Virus record (IMG/VR): IMGVR_UViG_3300033067_002127
Location: 1-41,169 of that record
Length of the DNA: 41,169 nucleotides
Strand: one strand, 5' to 3'
Source: a virus
Taxonomy: Duplodnaviria; Caudoviricetes
Position 1 is the first letter of the stretch. Every line of letters begins with the position of its first letter. Positions 27,282 to 35,420 of this stretch are shown one piece after another. A program made the translations under genes and the position numbers. The notes below the pieces were generated by a model that saw nothing but the letters and a program-made list of their open reading frames with translations, was not told the origin of the DNA and made no database searches.

Positions 27282-28769
27282 TTATTGGTTGGCATTGCTA
27301 GTGGCTTGACGCGCTGTTGCACCACCACCGGTGGCCTGTCGCTCTACCGAATCTGGTTGATCAGAAACTGTTCGGTTACTATTGGCAGTGTTCATTACTG
27401 ATTGCGCAGTCTCAAGCAAAAAGTTAGTCCCTGACAGTTCAGGAGCATCGTCGGGGCGAAGACGCCCGTACATTTCAAGATGATAGTCATCATCACTGAT
27501 AAGCCCCAGTGACAGATCCTTTTGCAGTCTTTGCTGTTTGAGCAACCAATTGGCCTCACGCTCGTCCCGACTACGCAGCTCCGGCTCTTCAAACGTCACT
27601 TCAACGTAAGACTGAGAACCACTTAGGCGCAAAACGAAAGTCAAAACCTGAGCCCAGATTGATTCTAAGGTACGGTTCAGTTCCGCTGCGGACATCGAGA
27701 AAATCCGAGATTCCGTGGAGGCGGTGTTCACCCCTGACTCGCCTCGACCAATCAGGGTGGACATCACCTTCAAACCCGCTTGGTTCTGCCCATTGAGCAC
27801 ATTGATGATCGGCTGGATATCCAGACTTGCGCCTGCAGCCTTTTCGTTAATGACCGAAACCTCAGTGTTATTGGTGTGGATAATCGGTTGATCTGGGCGA
27901 ATGTTCCCAAAGGCCACAGCGGTTGAACCGATGATCGACTCAATATACTCACGCATCTTTTCAGGGTTCTTCTGCGCCGGAAGTGGAGCATTTTTGCGAA
28001 TCACTTCTTCGATCAAAGTGATGTTCAATCGGGGGAAGCCCTGAATCTTCAAGATCCGGTAGAAGTCATTGAGAATCTGTTTTCGAGCATAGATGGTATT
28101 GATGGTGCTCAAAAAGAAGCTGCTACCGTAGGCGTCCGCAGGGTCTTTACGGAAACTCGCGTAGAATACGGTCGGGAAGTCCAGTGAAACAGGATCTCCT
28201 TGACCTTGTTGCTGAAAGGGTTTCAAAACGCCCGACTTTGGCTCTCGCCATTCGATGCTATCAGTATCTACGAGGCGCAGATCGGTAATCTTGTTCTTTT
28301 CAATAACCAGCTCGGTGAGAATAGCCCCACGCTTCAACAACATGTAGCGCATTGCCTCGTTGCGGCTATTGAGATCACGAACCGGACTAAACCCAAGACT
28401 GTAATCCGTCACGGTGGTAAGCGAGAGCATAAACTCGTCGAGCAGTTTTTGAGCATTGCGATCGACGACCTTATTCATATCCCGACAAACGTAACGCATC
28501 CGCGTGTTGGCCACAGTCAGGTAGGCGTTGGTCGTGGCACTCATTTCCGTGTCGGTTCGCATCATATCTGCGATAAGTTCTTTGTCGTCAGTGGTCTGAC
28601 GAGCAAGACTTAAATCAACACGATGACTGTCCGCACTTGGTCGAGGAATGTTTTGATCCGTCCGGTTTGGATCGTAAGTTGGTGAGGCAGTCGTACCGCC
28701 ATTTGATCCCACCTTTTTCGGTGGGATCAATTCCAACAGGTTCCCTAATAAATTAGAGGAGACTGCCAT
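27282..28769 (-). CDS. Portal protein
   Basis: 495 aa between terminase and protease; DAYGSS motif. Confidence 0.8.
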   Translation of the reverse strand: MAVSSNLLGNLLELIPPKKVGSNGGTTASPTYDPNRTDQNIPRPSADSHRVDLSLARQTTDDKELIADMMRTDTEMSATTNAYLTVANTRMRYVCRDMNKVVDRNAQKLLDEFMLSLTTVTDYSLGFSPVRDLNSRNEAMRYMLLKRGAILTELVIEKNKITDLRLVDTDSIEWREPKSGVLKPFQQQGQGDPVSLDFPTVFYASFRKDPADAYGSSFFLSTINTIYARKQILNDFYRILKIQGFPRLNITLIEEVIRKNAPLPAQKNPEKMREYIESIIGSTAVAFGNIRPDQPIIHTNNTEVSVINEKAAGASLDIQPIINVLNGQNQAGLKVMSTLIGRGESGVNTASTESRIFSMSAAELNRTLESIWAQVLTFVLRLSGSQSYVEVTFEEPELRSRDEREANWLLKQQRLQKDLSLGLISDDDYHLEMYGRLRPDDAPELSGTNFLLETAQSVMNTANSNRTVSDQPDSVERQATGGGATARQATSNANQ

Positions 28770-30537
28770 CGTTATCGCTCCAAGGCATTAGTAACCCGCT
28801 CTCGGCTTGAGGTTTGTAACCAACCCCGTACAAAGAAGCTGTTGACTGTTTGATGTTAGACACTGTTCCTAAGTATAGCGAGCTATTTCCATAGTTGCTG
28901 CTGTTTTTACCGTCGAAAGTCTGATAAACCGCTTGGTGGGCATAGGCCATGGCGTGGAAATAGTGATCGGCTACGCCGAGTTTTCGCCAAATTGGAACAC
29001 TTTCCTCATTGGTTTCACGAACCATGTTTCGCAAGTGATCGATAATCAACTGTCGCTGTGTGCCATATCCTGCGAAGGTAGTATTACCAGACCGGATGGC
29101 TTTAACAAACTGGTCGATCATCCAAGTGCGTTGCACGTTAGCGTGAGAGACGTTCTTCATCTCGTCGAGACTGTACTCATAGTTTCGACCGTTTTTGTTA
29201 TTGACGTATACCACTGGCATAATGGTACAGCCACTGTTGTCGCGGATACGACTTGCCTCAATCATAAAGGGCATTCGGTCAACGTGGCCTTGACTGACTT
29301 GATATTTTTCTGAGAGTTCAGAAATACGGCTTTCCCATTGGGTATGGTGAATCTGCTCAAAAAGGACATACTCCAAGTGGCTGCCATCTCGGGTTCGTAC
29401 CAAAACCAAGTGGCAGGTACTGCCCGCGTCCGAGCCGAGAAAATAGATGTAGCTGTCGTCGTATTCGGGTTCGTAAGTCTGGTTGGTAAAGCACCGATCA
29501 ATTTCTTTAATACTGAGTCGCTGATCTCCGCTTTCATAAGCCATACCTAGTACGGTGTTGTACCAGCCCTTGATGTTGTCGAGGCGCTGGTAATCAAAAA
29601 GCTGGAGCAGGATGTAGCTCGGAGGTAAGTGCTCGCTACAAAATGGAGTGACACGATAACCACGGTGGTGATTACGGCTTGGGAACTTAGCCACCCAACT
29701 GCGTAATCCGTGATCTTTTAGGTTCATTGGCTTCTGGCACTTCTCACAAACCATGTGTGCTGCCGACAGGTCAATGCTGTAATCCGTGAGCCACTTTTCG
29801 CAAAACTCATGTAACTGGTCGTGCATGGTGAGCGGCAAATTTGGAACACGGACAAATTTCTCATTAAATTCAGGAATTTGGTAGTGATTACAATGTGGGC
29901 AACGGTAGAGGTACTCGTGCTGGTCGGACAGTTCGTAATCCGCTGTGATCCCGAATCCCTCATAGGTCGGGGTGGAAAACTTCTGCTTCATTTTCCAGTC
30001 AGAACCTTGCAGACGCGAGTTGAACAGCGCGAGTGTTCCTTGATCAGAGAGATCAACTTCGTCATTGAAGATAACGTCCGCCGGTTGTGAAGTCGCTGCT
30101 TGTTCGTTGGCAGCCATAAACAGGACGTAGCTCTGAGCGATCTGGTTAATTTCAATCGAACGGGTCGGACGTTGGCCTTGCGGGTTAAAAATGGCCGTGT
30201 CTTTTAAGAAGTCCTCAACCCGAGTCTGGTACAGACGCTTACGCATGTTGTTGTCGGGTAGCGTAAAAATGATATTTCGGTGAGGGTTTCGATAAGCCAA
30301 AGCGCATGCTTTACGGTATTGCACCTCAGTCAGACCTACCTGTGAGGGTTTGATGACCGATAAGTTGGTATGTAAGTCGTTAATGATCGCGGTCTGGAAC
30401 GGATAACGACGGGTACTGAACGGAAGGCCCCCCAGTTTTGTGTATTTGTTCAACCATGTTGAGTAATCAACAGGATTAAATTTCTCGTCTAAATAAGTTC
30501 TTAGGTCACTTTGGACGGCCTTTAACAACTCACTCAT
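28753..30537 (-). CDS. Terminase large subunit (lambda GpA-like)
   Basis: KPSQVGLTE Walker A, FNDEVD Walker B, FSTPT, CPHC/CEKC zinc motifs, nuclease GSDAG and DHYFHA. Confidence 0.93.
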   Translation of the reverse strand: MSELLKAVQSDLRTYLDEKFNPVDYSTWLNKYTKLGGLPFSTRRYPFQTAIINDLHTNLSVIKPSQVGLTEVQYRKACALAYRNPHRNIIFTLPDNNMRKRLYQTRVEDFLKDTAIFNPQGQRPTRSIEINQIAQSYVLFMAANEQAATSQPADVIFNDEVDLSDQGTLALFNSRLQGSDWKMKQKFSTPTYEGFGITADYELSDQHEYLYRCPHCNHYQIPEFNEKFVRVPNLPLTMHDQLHEFCEKWLTDYSIDLSAAHMVCEKCQKPMNLKDHGLRSWVAKFPSRNHHRGYRVTPFCSEHLPPSYILLQLFDYQRLDNIKGWYNTVLGMAYESGDQRLSIKEIDRCFTNQTYEPEYDDSYIYFLGSDAGSTCHLVLVRTRDGSHLEYVLFEQIHHTQWESRISELSEKYQVSQGHVDRMPFMIEASRIRDNSGCTIMPVVYVNNKNGRNYEYSLDEMKNVSHANVQRTWMIDQFVKAIRSGNTTFAGYGTQRQLIIDHLRNMVRETNEESVPIWRKLGVADHYFHAMAYAHQAVYQTFDGKNSSNYGNSSLYLGTVSNIKQSTASLYGVGYKPQAESGLLMPWSDNDGSLL

Positions 30538-30547
30538 GGTAAGCCCT

Positions 30548-30579
30548 TCGACATACGGTTACTAAACGCATACATTATA
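30548..30579. promoter_or_regulatory. Overlapping divergent promoter elements between the virion and replication units
   Basis: TCGACA-N17-TACATT on +; TATAAT on - at 30574-30579; palindrome GCGCCAA-AA-TTGGCGC at 30603-30618. Confidence 0.45.
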
Positions 30580-30632
30580 CTGATTCCCCTGCTAACACAA
30601 ACGCGCCAAAATTGGCGCATTAGGAAGGACGT

Positions 30633-31181
30633 ATGATCGAATTTCCCCGTATCGCTACCAGTGATGTGAACGCTTTGATTCGGCTGATTGAGCAGTATCA
30701 GAAAAATCCAGACCTGTTAGAAGATCCAAACTGTCCGTATGTTGCCACGATGCGTGCCAGCCTGCGCACACTGTTTGAGATGGTGAGTCCACCTGCACCG
30801 GTTGATCCACTACCAGCTCCAAGTATCTTTCCGCGAAAGGGTGTAAACCCACTGTCGGAAAACATCAACTTAGAGCTGGCTGAGTTAGAAACCAAGCCGA
30901 TGACGGTGGAACAACTGATTCATGTACTGGACTCAGGTATTAAAACGCTTGAGGACGTGATGAACAGCAAGGAAGGTAGCGAGGCATCCCGAGTCAGTGC
31001 GACCCGAAACGTATTCGAGCTGGTACAGAAGCGGATCGAGTTGGTGAGCAAGATGGGGGATGTGGAATCGGTCTGGAAATACTCCGCCCTTGTGAAGGAA
31101 TTTTTTCAACGAACCTCAGACCGGAAAATGGCTGAGGAATTTATGAGTCGCCTAGAGGAATTGACCAATGGTAAACACTGA
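30633..31181 (+). CDS. Hypothetical helical protein (possible terminase small subunit)
   Basis: 182 aa with an AGGAAGGA RBS; divergent from terL; overlaps the primase start. Confidence 0.5.
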   Translation: MIEFPRIATSDVNALIRLIEQYQKNPDLLEDPNCPYVATMRASLRTLFEMVSPPAPVDPLPAPSIFPRKGVNPLSENINLELAELETKPMTVEQLIHVLDSGIKTLEDVMNSKEGSEASRVSATRNVFELVQKRIELVSKMGDVESVWKYSALVKEFFQRTSDRKMAEEFMSRLEELTNGKH

Positions 31182-33648
31182 TACCCGCGAGCCGTTACGC
31201 CCAGAAAGCAGTATCTTTCAACGCGAAGCTCCCCACTACTTCGCCTTGGGTATTCCAGTTATGCCGCTCAAGCGAGCGAGCAAAGTGCCTGTCCCAACCG
31301 GATGGTCTGACTGGGCGGATGAAAAGGTTCTGAGCGAGCAAACCAAGGATGACTGGCTCAATCTGGTTTCAGATAACAACATCGGCCTGATTCTGGGCAA
31401 GATGGCGGGCATCTCGGTGGTCGATATCGACATCGAAGATCCGGTCGTGGTTGATCAGTTGATTTCCCGTTTACCTCCCTCCCCTTGGCACCGCCGTGGT
31501 AAGAAGGGTGTGGTTCTGGCGTATAAACACAACCCGAATGTGAGCAGCTTCCGTATTCACAACAAGACCAAAGGGAGTTTGTTGGAATACTTGAGCTCGG
31601 GGACACAGGTGGTCTTGCCACCTTCGATCCACCCAGATACCCAAAAACCCTACACAGCGAACTGCCATCTGTATGAGGTTGTGGATCAACTGGTTGATCT
31701 TCCTGACGATTTTGAGCAGGTTTGCCGTAAACTGTTGACGGATCTGGGCTACGATGTCAGCAGCAAGAGCACAGTCAGCCCACTGACCGACTTTATCCCT
31801 GCTGGTAACCGCGACAATGAGATCACCCGTATTGCCGGTATGCTGTCCCACGACCTGCTTTCGGGCAAAATCTCTTTGCTCCGCGCCTTTGACATCCTTG
31901 AGCTCAAATGTTCAGACTTCATGGAACGGGTTGAGGGCGATGCAATTGATCTGGACAAACATCGTCGCAACCTGATCAAGTTCATTGTCAACGACGCAAA
32001 CCACAATAACCGCTTGATCCCCCACTCGTGGTCGGAAGGTATGACCGAAGAGGAGATCAAGAAGTTTGAAGTCTTGATGCAGCTGCAAGCCCCTGCATAC
32101 GAGGACATTCAACGCGAAGTCGAACTGAACAAGGACAACAGCGCGGCAAACCCTATCGAAGCTATTGAGAAGGTGATCAAAGACCTCGCTCGGGTAGATA
32201 ACCTGTCTCCGGTTCAGGAAGAGGCTCTGCTGCGCCAACTGGCAGCTGAACACAAAGACATCACCTCATTTAGTTCGCTGCGCCAGCAAGTGGCCAAGCT
32301 GCGCCAGCGCCATGAACTGGTGGTCTCCGACCCCGAGACTGGGGCTGAGATCGAACTGATCAGCCATACAGAAATTGCGCGAGCAGCGATCGCCTATTAT
32401 GGCCAGTTTGGTGAACTGCGTACCGAGTCGGGTATTTTATACTCGTGGCGCGGCTCTCACTGGGTCGCTGAGAACCCAGACCAGTTTATGGCTCAGGTCT
32501 CGGTGCGCTACATCAAGTCGGAAATTATGCGCCGCCACAGCGATGTCCTCGGCGTGTACAAGCAGGTTCTGATCCACACCAGTAAGCGTCTGCGCCAGAC
32601 CCCTGAGATTTTCATCAACGTGGCCAATGGTGTGGTTCTGCAAAACGGTACTCTGGTTCCTCACCATCCTGATTACGGTGCAACCTATGTTATGCCTTAC
32701 CGTTACATGCCAGAATTGGCAGGTAAGTGCCCGAATTTCTTCAGCTTTTTGAAGGATGCTTGGGGAACGGACGTGGATTGCAACGACAAAGTGAAGGCGT
32801 TGCAGGAAGCCATCGCGGTTTCTTTGGCCGGTTATGCGACCCGATTCCAGCGTGCTTTCCTGCTGATCGGCAAAGCGCGTACCGGTAAATCGGTGCTGCT
32901 CGAAGTGGTCAGTTCCTTGTTCCCAGAGGAAGCCTCGGCCTCAGTGTCGTTCAACAAGTTGGCAGAAAACCGCTTTTTGGTGAGTTTGGACAAAAAGCTC
33001 CTGAACGTGGTCGGGGAACTGTCTGAAAAACGCCCGATTGCTGGGGATCTGTTTAAGGCTACGGTTGATGGTTCACCCATCGCGTGTTACCGCCTGTACC
33101 AAGAGAGCTTTAACTTGACACCGATTGCAGCGCATTGGGCGGCCTCTAACCACTTGCCAAAGAGTGCGGATTCCTCGCAGGGCTTCATTCGCCGTTGGTT
33201 GATGTTCAAGTTTGAGAATCAGCGTGCTGAAGACCAAGTGGACATTTACCTGAAAGACAAGATCATCGCGGAGCGCGAAGCCATTTTTGCTTGGGCACTG
33301 CAGGTATTACCAGAGATTCTCAAGCGCGGCACATTCACTTTCCCAGACAGCCACCGCAAGTTGTCTGCCGCGTTGACCTATCAGGTAAACCCCGTCCAAT
33401 TGTATCTGGAACGGCGCGGGGGTGGGACTCTGGAGTTTGGCCCTTCGCTCAGTATCCCTGAAGATGAACTGTGGATTGGTTTCCGCTCGTTCTATGTCCA
33501 GATTAGCGGCGGTGCGATGCGCCTCGATATCAACAGTTTCCGGCAGATGATCGAAGAGATCCAGTCGGAATTTAAGATCAAAATTGAGCAGCCGCGTGAC
33601 TCGTTGCATGCGGTTTACCATGGGATTGGGGCGAAGAGTGCATATTGA
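31168..33648 (+). CDS. Bifunctional primase-polymerase / D5-like SF3 helicase
   Basis: NNIGLILG..VVDID, QVVLPPSIHPDT (Prim-Pol), GNRDNE (PriCT), INVANG (D5_N), GKARTGKS Walker A, ASNHLP. Confidence 0.93.
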   Translation: MVNTDTREPLRPESSIFQREAPHYFALGIPVMPLKRASKVPVPTGWSDWADEKVLSEQTKDDWLNLVSDNNIGLILGKMAGISVVDIDIEDPVVVDQLISRLPPSPWHRRGKKGVVLAYKHNPNVSSFRIHNKTKGSLLEYLSSGTQVVLPPSIHPDTQKPYTANCHLYEVVDQLVDLPDDFEQVCRKLLTDLGYDVSSKSTVSPLTDFIPAGNRDNEITRIAGMLSHDLLSGKISLLRAFDILELKCSDFMERVEGDAIDLDKHRRNLIKFIVNDANHNNRLIPHSWSEGMTEEEIKKFEVLMQLQAPAYEDIQREVELNKDNSAANPIEAIEKVIKDLARVDNLSPVQEEALLRQLAAEHKDITSFSSLRQQVAKLRQRHELVVSDPETGAEIELISHTEIARAAIAYYGQFGELRTESGILYSWRGSHWVAENPDQFMAQVSVRYIKSEIMRRHSDVLGVYKQVLIHTSKRLRQTPEIFINVANGVVLQNGTLVPHHPDYGATYVMPYRYMPELAGKCPNFFSFLKDAWGTDVDCNDKVKALQEAIAVSLAGYATRFQRAFLLIGKARTGKSVLLEVVSSLFPEEASASVSFNKLAENRFLVSLDKKLLNVVGELSEKRPIAGDLFKATVDGSPIACYRLYQESFNLTPIAAHWAASNHLPKSADSSQGFIRRWLMFKFENQRAEDQVDIYLKDKIIAEREAIFAWALQVLPEILKRGTFTFPDSHRKLSAALTYQVNPVQLYLERRGGGTLEFGPSLSIPEDELWIGFRSFYVQISGGAMRLDINSFRQMIEEIQSEFKIKIEQPRDSLHAVYHGIGAKSAY

Positions 33649-33848
33649 TGATCAAAAATTCAGGTTTTATTGGTGATCTGTACTCGGGTGATTTGGACAA
33701 CTTCACGTTGTCCATGTTGCTGGAGCGTTGGGATCAATTGTTCGGGCACAAGCCCAGTCGTCGCACTGTTCAACATTGGTTGAAATTAGCTGTTGACCAA
33801 AAGGTTCTGGTGCGCCAAGGCCACCGTTATTGGAGAGTTAAACCATGA
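33645..33848 (+). CDS. Small winged-helix-like DNA-binding protein
   Basis: 67 aa, PSRRTVQHWLKLAVDQKVLVRQGHRY; coupled to the primase. Confidence 0.55.
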   Translation: MMIKNSGFIGDLYSGDLDNFTLSMLLERWDQLFGHKPSRRTVQHWLKLAVDQKVLVRQGHRYWRVKP

Positions 33849-33925
33849 AACATTTTCCGATCTACTTACTGATCGCCGTAGCCGCGGGTGTTGAACACAC
33901 CTGCAGTAAGGGGGTGGTGAAATGA
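33845..33925 (+). CDS. 26-aa small ORF (not in the track)
   Basis: MKHFPIYLLIAVAAGVEHTCSKGVVK; GGAG RBS; ATGA overlaps with both neighbours. Confidence 0.55.
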   Translation: MKHFPIYLLIAVAAGVEHTCSKGVVK

Positions 33926-34383
33926 GTCAGTATGATATCCAATCTGTCCATTGTCCTCACTGTGGTGCAGTTAATGATCTGTCTGAAAACATTACCAACA
34001 TGTTTGACGGAGATTCTTCTGCTCTTTATTGCGTAGAATGTGAGGAGGAGTTTGAGTACACCTTACACATCGAAGTCACGGTTACAGTAAAAGTTCCTGT
34101 GGAGATTGACTCTTTAAATTGGGATTTAATCCATGGTTCGGTGGTGGCCCTTTGGTTTAAAGAGGGGTTATGGACTCCACTGGTTGAACCTCTGAGTTTT
34201 ACTGAAAGTAATTCTGGCTGTAGCGTTTCCAGTTCGATGCTCTGGAGGGTCAGCTCACTTGCGGAGTTGTCAAAGGACATGAATCTACTGGGACAGCCGA
34301 GTTGTGAAACTCTTCACTTTGCCAAGGATTTAGAGGATGCCCAAGACTGGGTGTCCAATAACATTCACCTCCGGCCTTTATAA
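33922..34383 (+). CDS. Zinc-ribbon protein
   Basis: CPHC...CVEC near the N-terminus. Confidence 0.65.
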   Translation: MSQYDIQSVHCPHCGAVNDLSENITNMFDGDSSALYCVECEEEFEYTLHIEVTVTVKVPVEIDSLNWDLIHGSVVALWFKEGLWTPLVEPLSFTESNSGCSVSSSMLWRVSSLAELSKDMNLLGQPSCETLHFAKDLEDAQDWVSNNIHLRPL

Positions 34384-34384
34384 T

Positions 34385-34420
34385 AAAAAAGACCCCTGCA
34401 GGAGGTAAGCTGCAGGGGTT
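34385..34420. terminator. Hairpin/terminator between the converging replication unit and tRNA
   Basis: AAAAAAG-ACCCCTGCAG-GAGGTAAG-CTGCAGGGGT. Confidence 0.65.
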
Positions 34421-34478
34421 TGGAAAACGTCGCCGTTCTTTTCCCAGTCCAGTTAGTATATTTCTTAATCCGCAAGTT

Positions 34479-34554
34479 TGGAAGCCCCGCTTGGATTTGA
34501 ACCAAGGAATGCCAGAATCAAAGTCTGGTGTCTTAACCGCTTGACTACGGAGCT
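34479..34554 (-). tRNA. tRNA-Gln(TTG) with encoded CCA
   Basis: AGCTCCG/CGGGGCT acceptor, D-arm GTC..GAC, CCAGA-CTTTGAT-TCTGG anticodon arm, CTTGG-TTCAAAT-CCAAG T-arm, 76 nt. Confidence 0.95.
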
Positions 34555-34606
34555 AGAGCCCAGAAACGACCTGACCGCGTAGGTGGTTCGTTTCTGGGTT
34601 TGTTAG

Positions 34607-34665
34607 TGTAACAGAGCCTTTTTCATGTAACAAGAACAGTGTTACATGAAAAAGGCTCTGTTACA
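34607..34665. repeat. Perfect 26-bp inverted repeat with a 7-nt spacer
   Basis: TGTAACAGAGCCTTTTTCATGTAACA-AGAACAG-TGTTACATGAAAAAGGCTCTGTTACA. Confidence 0.95.
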
Positions 34666-34928
34666 TGGGCTGTTTGTGGTTGAGGTAGGGATTGAGGTCG
34701 GGGATCTGGAAGAGGTTGGGGTTGAGGTCGTGAATCTGGACGGGATGGGGACGGGGATGGGGTAAAAAGCGGATCTGTTACAGGATCTCTTACAGGTCGG
34801 GGATGGGCAAAATCGATAAAAAATTTTTTAAAAAATAGACACTTGGTAGGGGTGTTCATGTGCGTATAAAGAACAGTAAAAAACCTATACCGGCTTGATC
34901 ATTTTTTGATCAATCAGAAAAAAAAGAC

Positions 34929-34956
34929 TTGCAACGGAAAAAAAGTCTGTTATAGT
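34929..34956 (+). promoter_or_regulatory. Putative early promoter P1
   Basis: A-tract UP element, TTGCAA-N16-TATAGT with extended -10 TG. Confidence 0.65.
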
Positions 34957-35013
34957 GACAACCACAGCGACGAACTAGACCACGTCGAACTAGAAAACAG
35001 TCCTAAAAAACTG

Positions 35014-35042
35014 TTGACAAGTAGATCACTCAAGTCTAGTAT
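35014..35042 (+). promoter_or_regulatory. Putative early promoter P2
   Basis: AAAAAA upstream, TTGACA-N17-TAGTAT. Confidence 0.8.
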
Positions 35043-35048
35043 TGTCCT

Positions 35049-35402
35049 TGTCGGATACGTCCGGCACGTTTAGCACGATGACTGCTGAACCTTTCTTTAA
35101 CACAGCCGATGAAAGTCGAATTTTCGACTCGCCCAAAAATACCAGTTTTGTGCGGCGATACCTTGCCTACTATTCGATAGGACTAGGATTGCCGATAACA
35201 TAAAACAGTTGCCGTGGGTAAAGTACGTCTGTTTGATTTAATCGGTGCTTAATAAAAGGTTTGAAGTCTTTAATGTCGCTCAAGTTGCTATCGTGTCTGA
35301 AAGTCCTTCTAGTGTTGTTGCCTAGGCTGCAACACTAGCGTTTTTCAACTTCGGTTGAAAAACGCAAGCGATAATCAAAATATCGCTTTCGTTTTTCAAC
35401 CG
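35049..35402 (+). ncRNA. Candidate structured leader RNA / ncRNA
   Basis: At least seven hairpins (UACG and C(UUCG)G loops, G-U pairs) between P2 and the first RBS; no ORF of 60 aa or more with a credible start. Confidence 0.5.
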
Positions 35403-35420
35403 TGCAGCGAGGCACAAAAA

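Noticed and set aside
34439-34448. 10-nt match (TTTTCCCAGT) to the TnpB guide as a second target
   Set aside because: Preceded by CGTTC rather than TTAT, and too short to exceed chance.
34479-34554. tRNA as a prophage attachment site
   Set aside because: No integrase, no duplicated tRNA 3' end and phage-like genes on both sides.
34607-34665. Protelomerase telRL site
   Set aside because: The centre is a non-palindromic 7-nt spacer and no protelomerase gene is in the window; cannot be supported here.
34623-34859. Pro-rich 78-aa minus-strand ORF, and the similar ORF 38926..39171
   Set aside because: Low-complexity translations of repeat-rich non-coding DNA with no convincing RBS.
35104-35140. 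Hammerhead ribozyme (CCGATGA plus stem)
   Set aside because: The core is not CUGAUGA and the required GAAA after stem II is absent.
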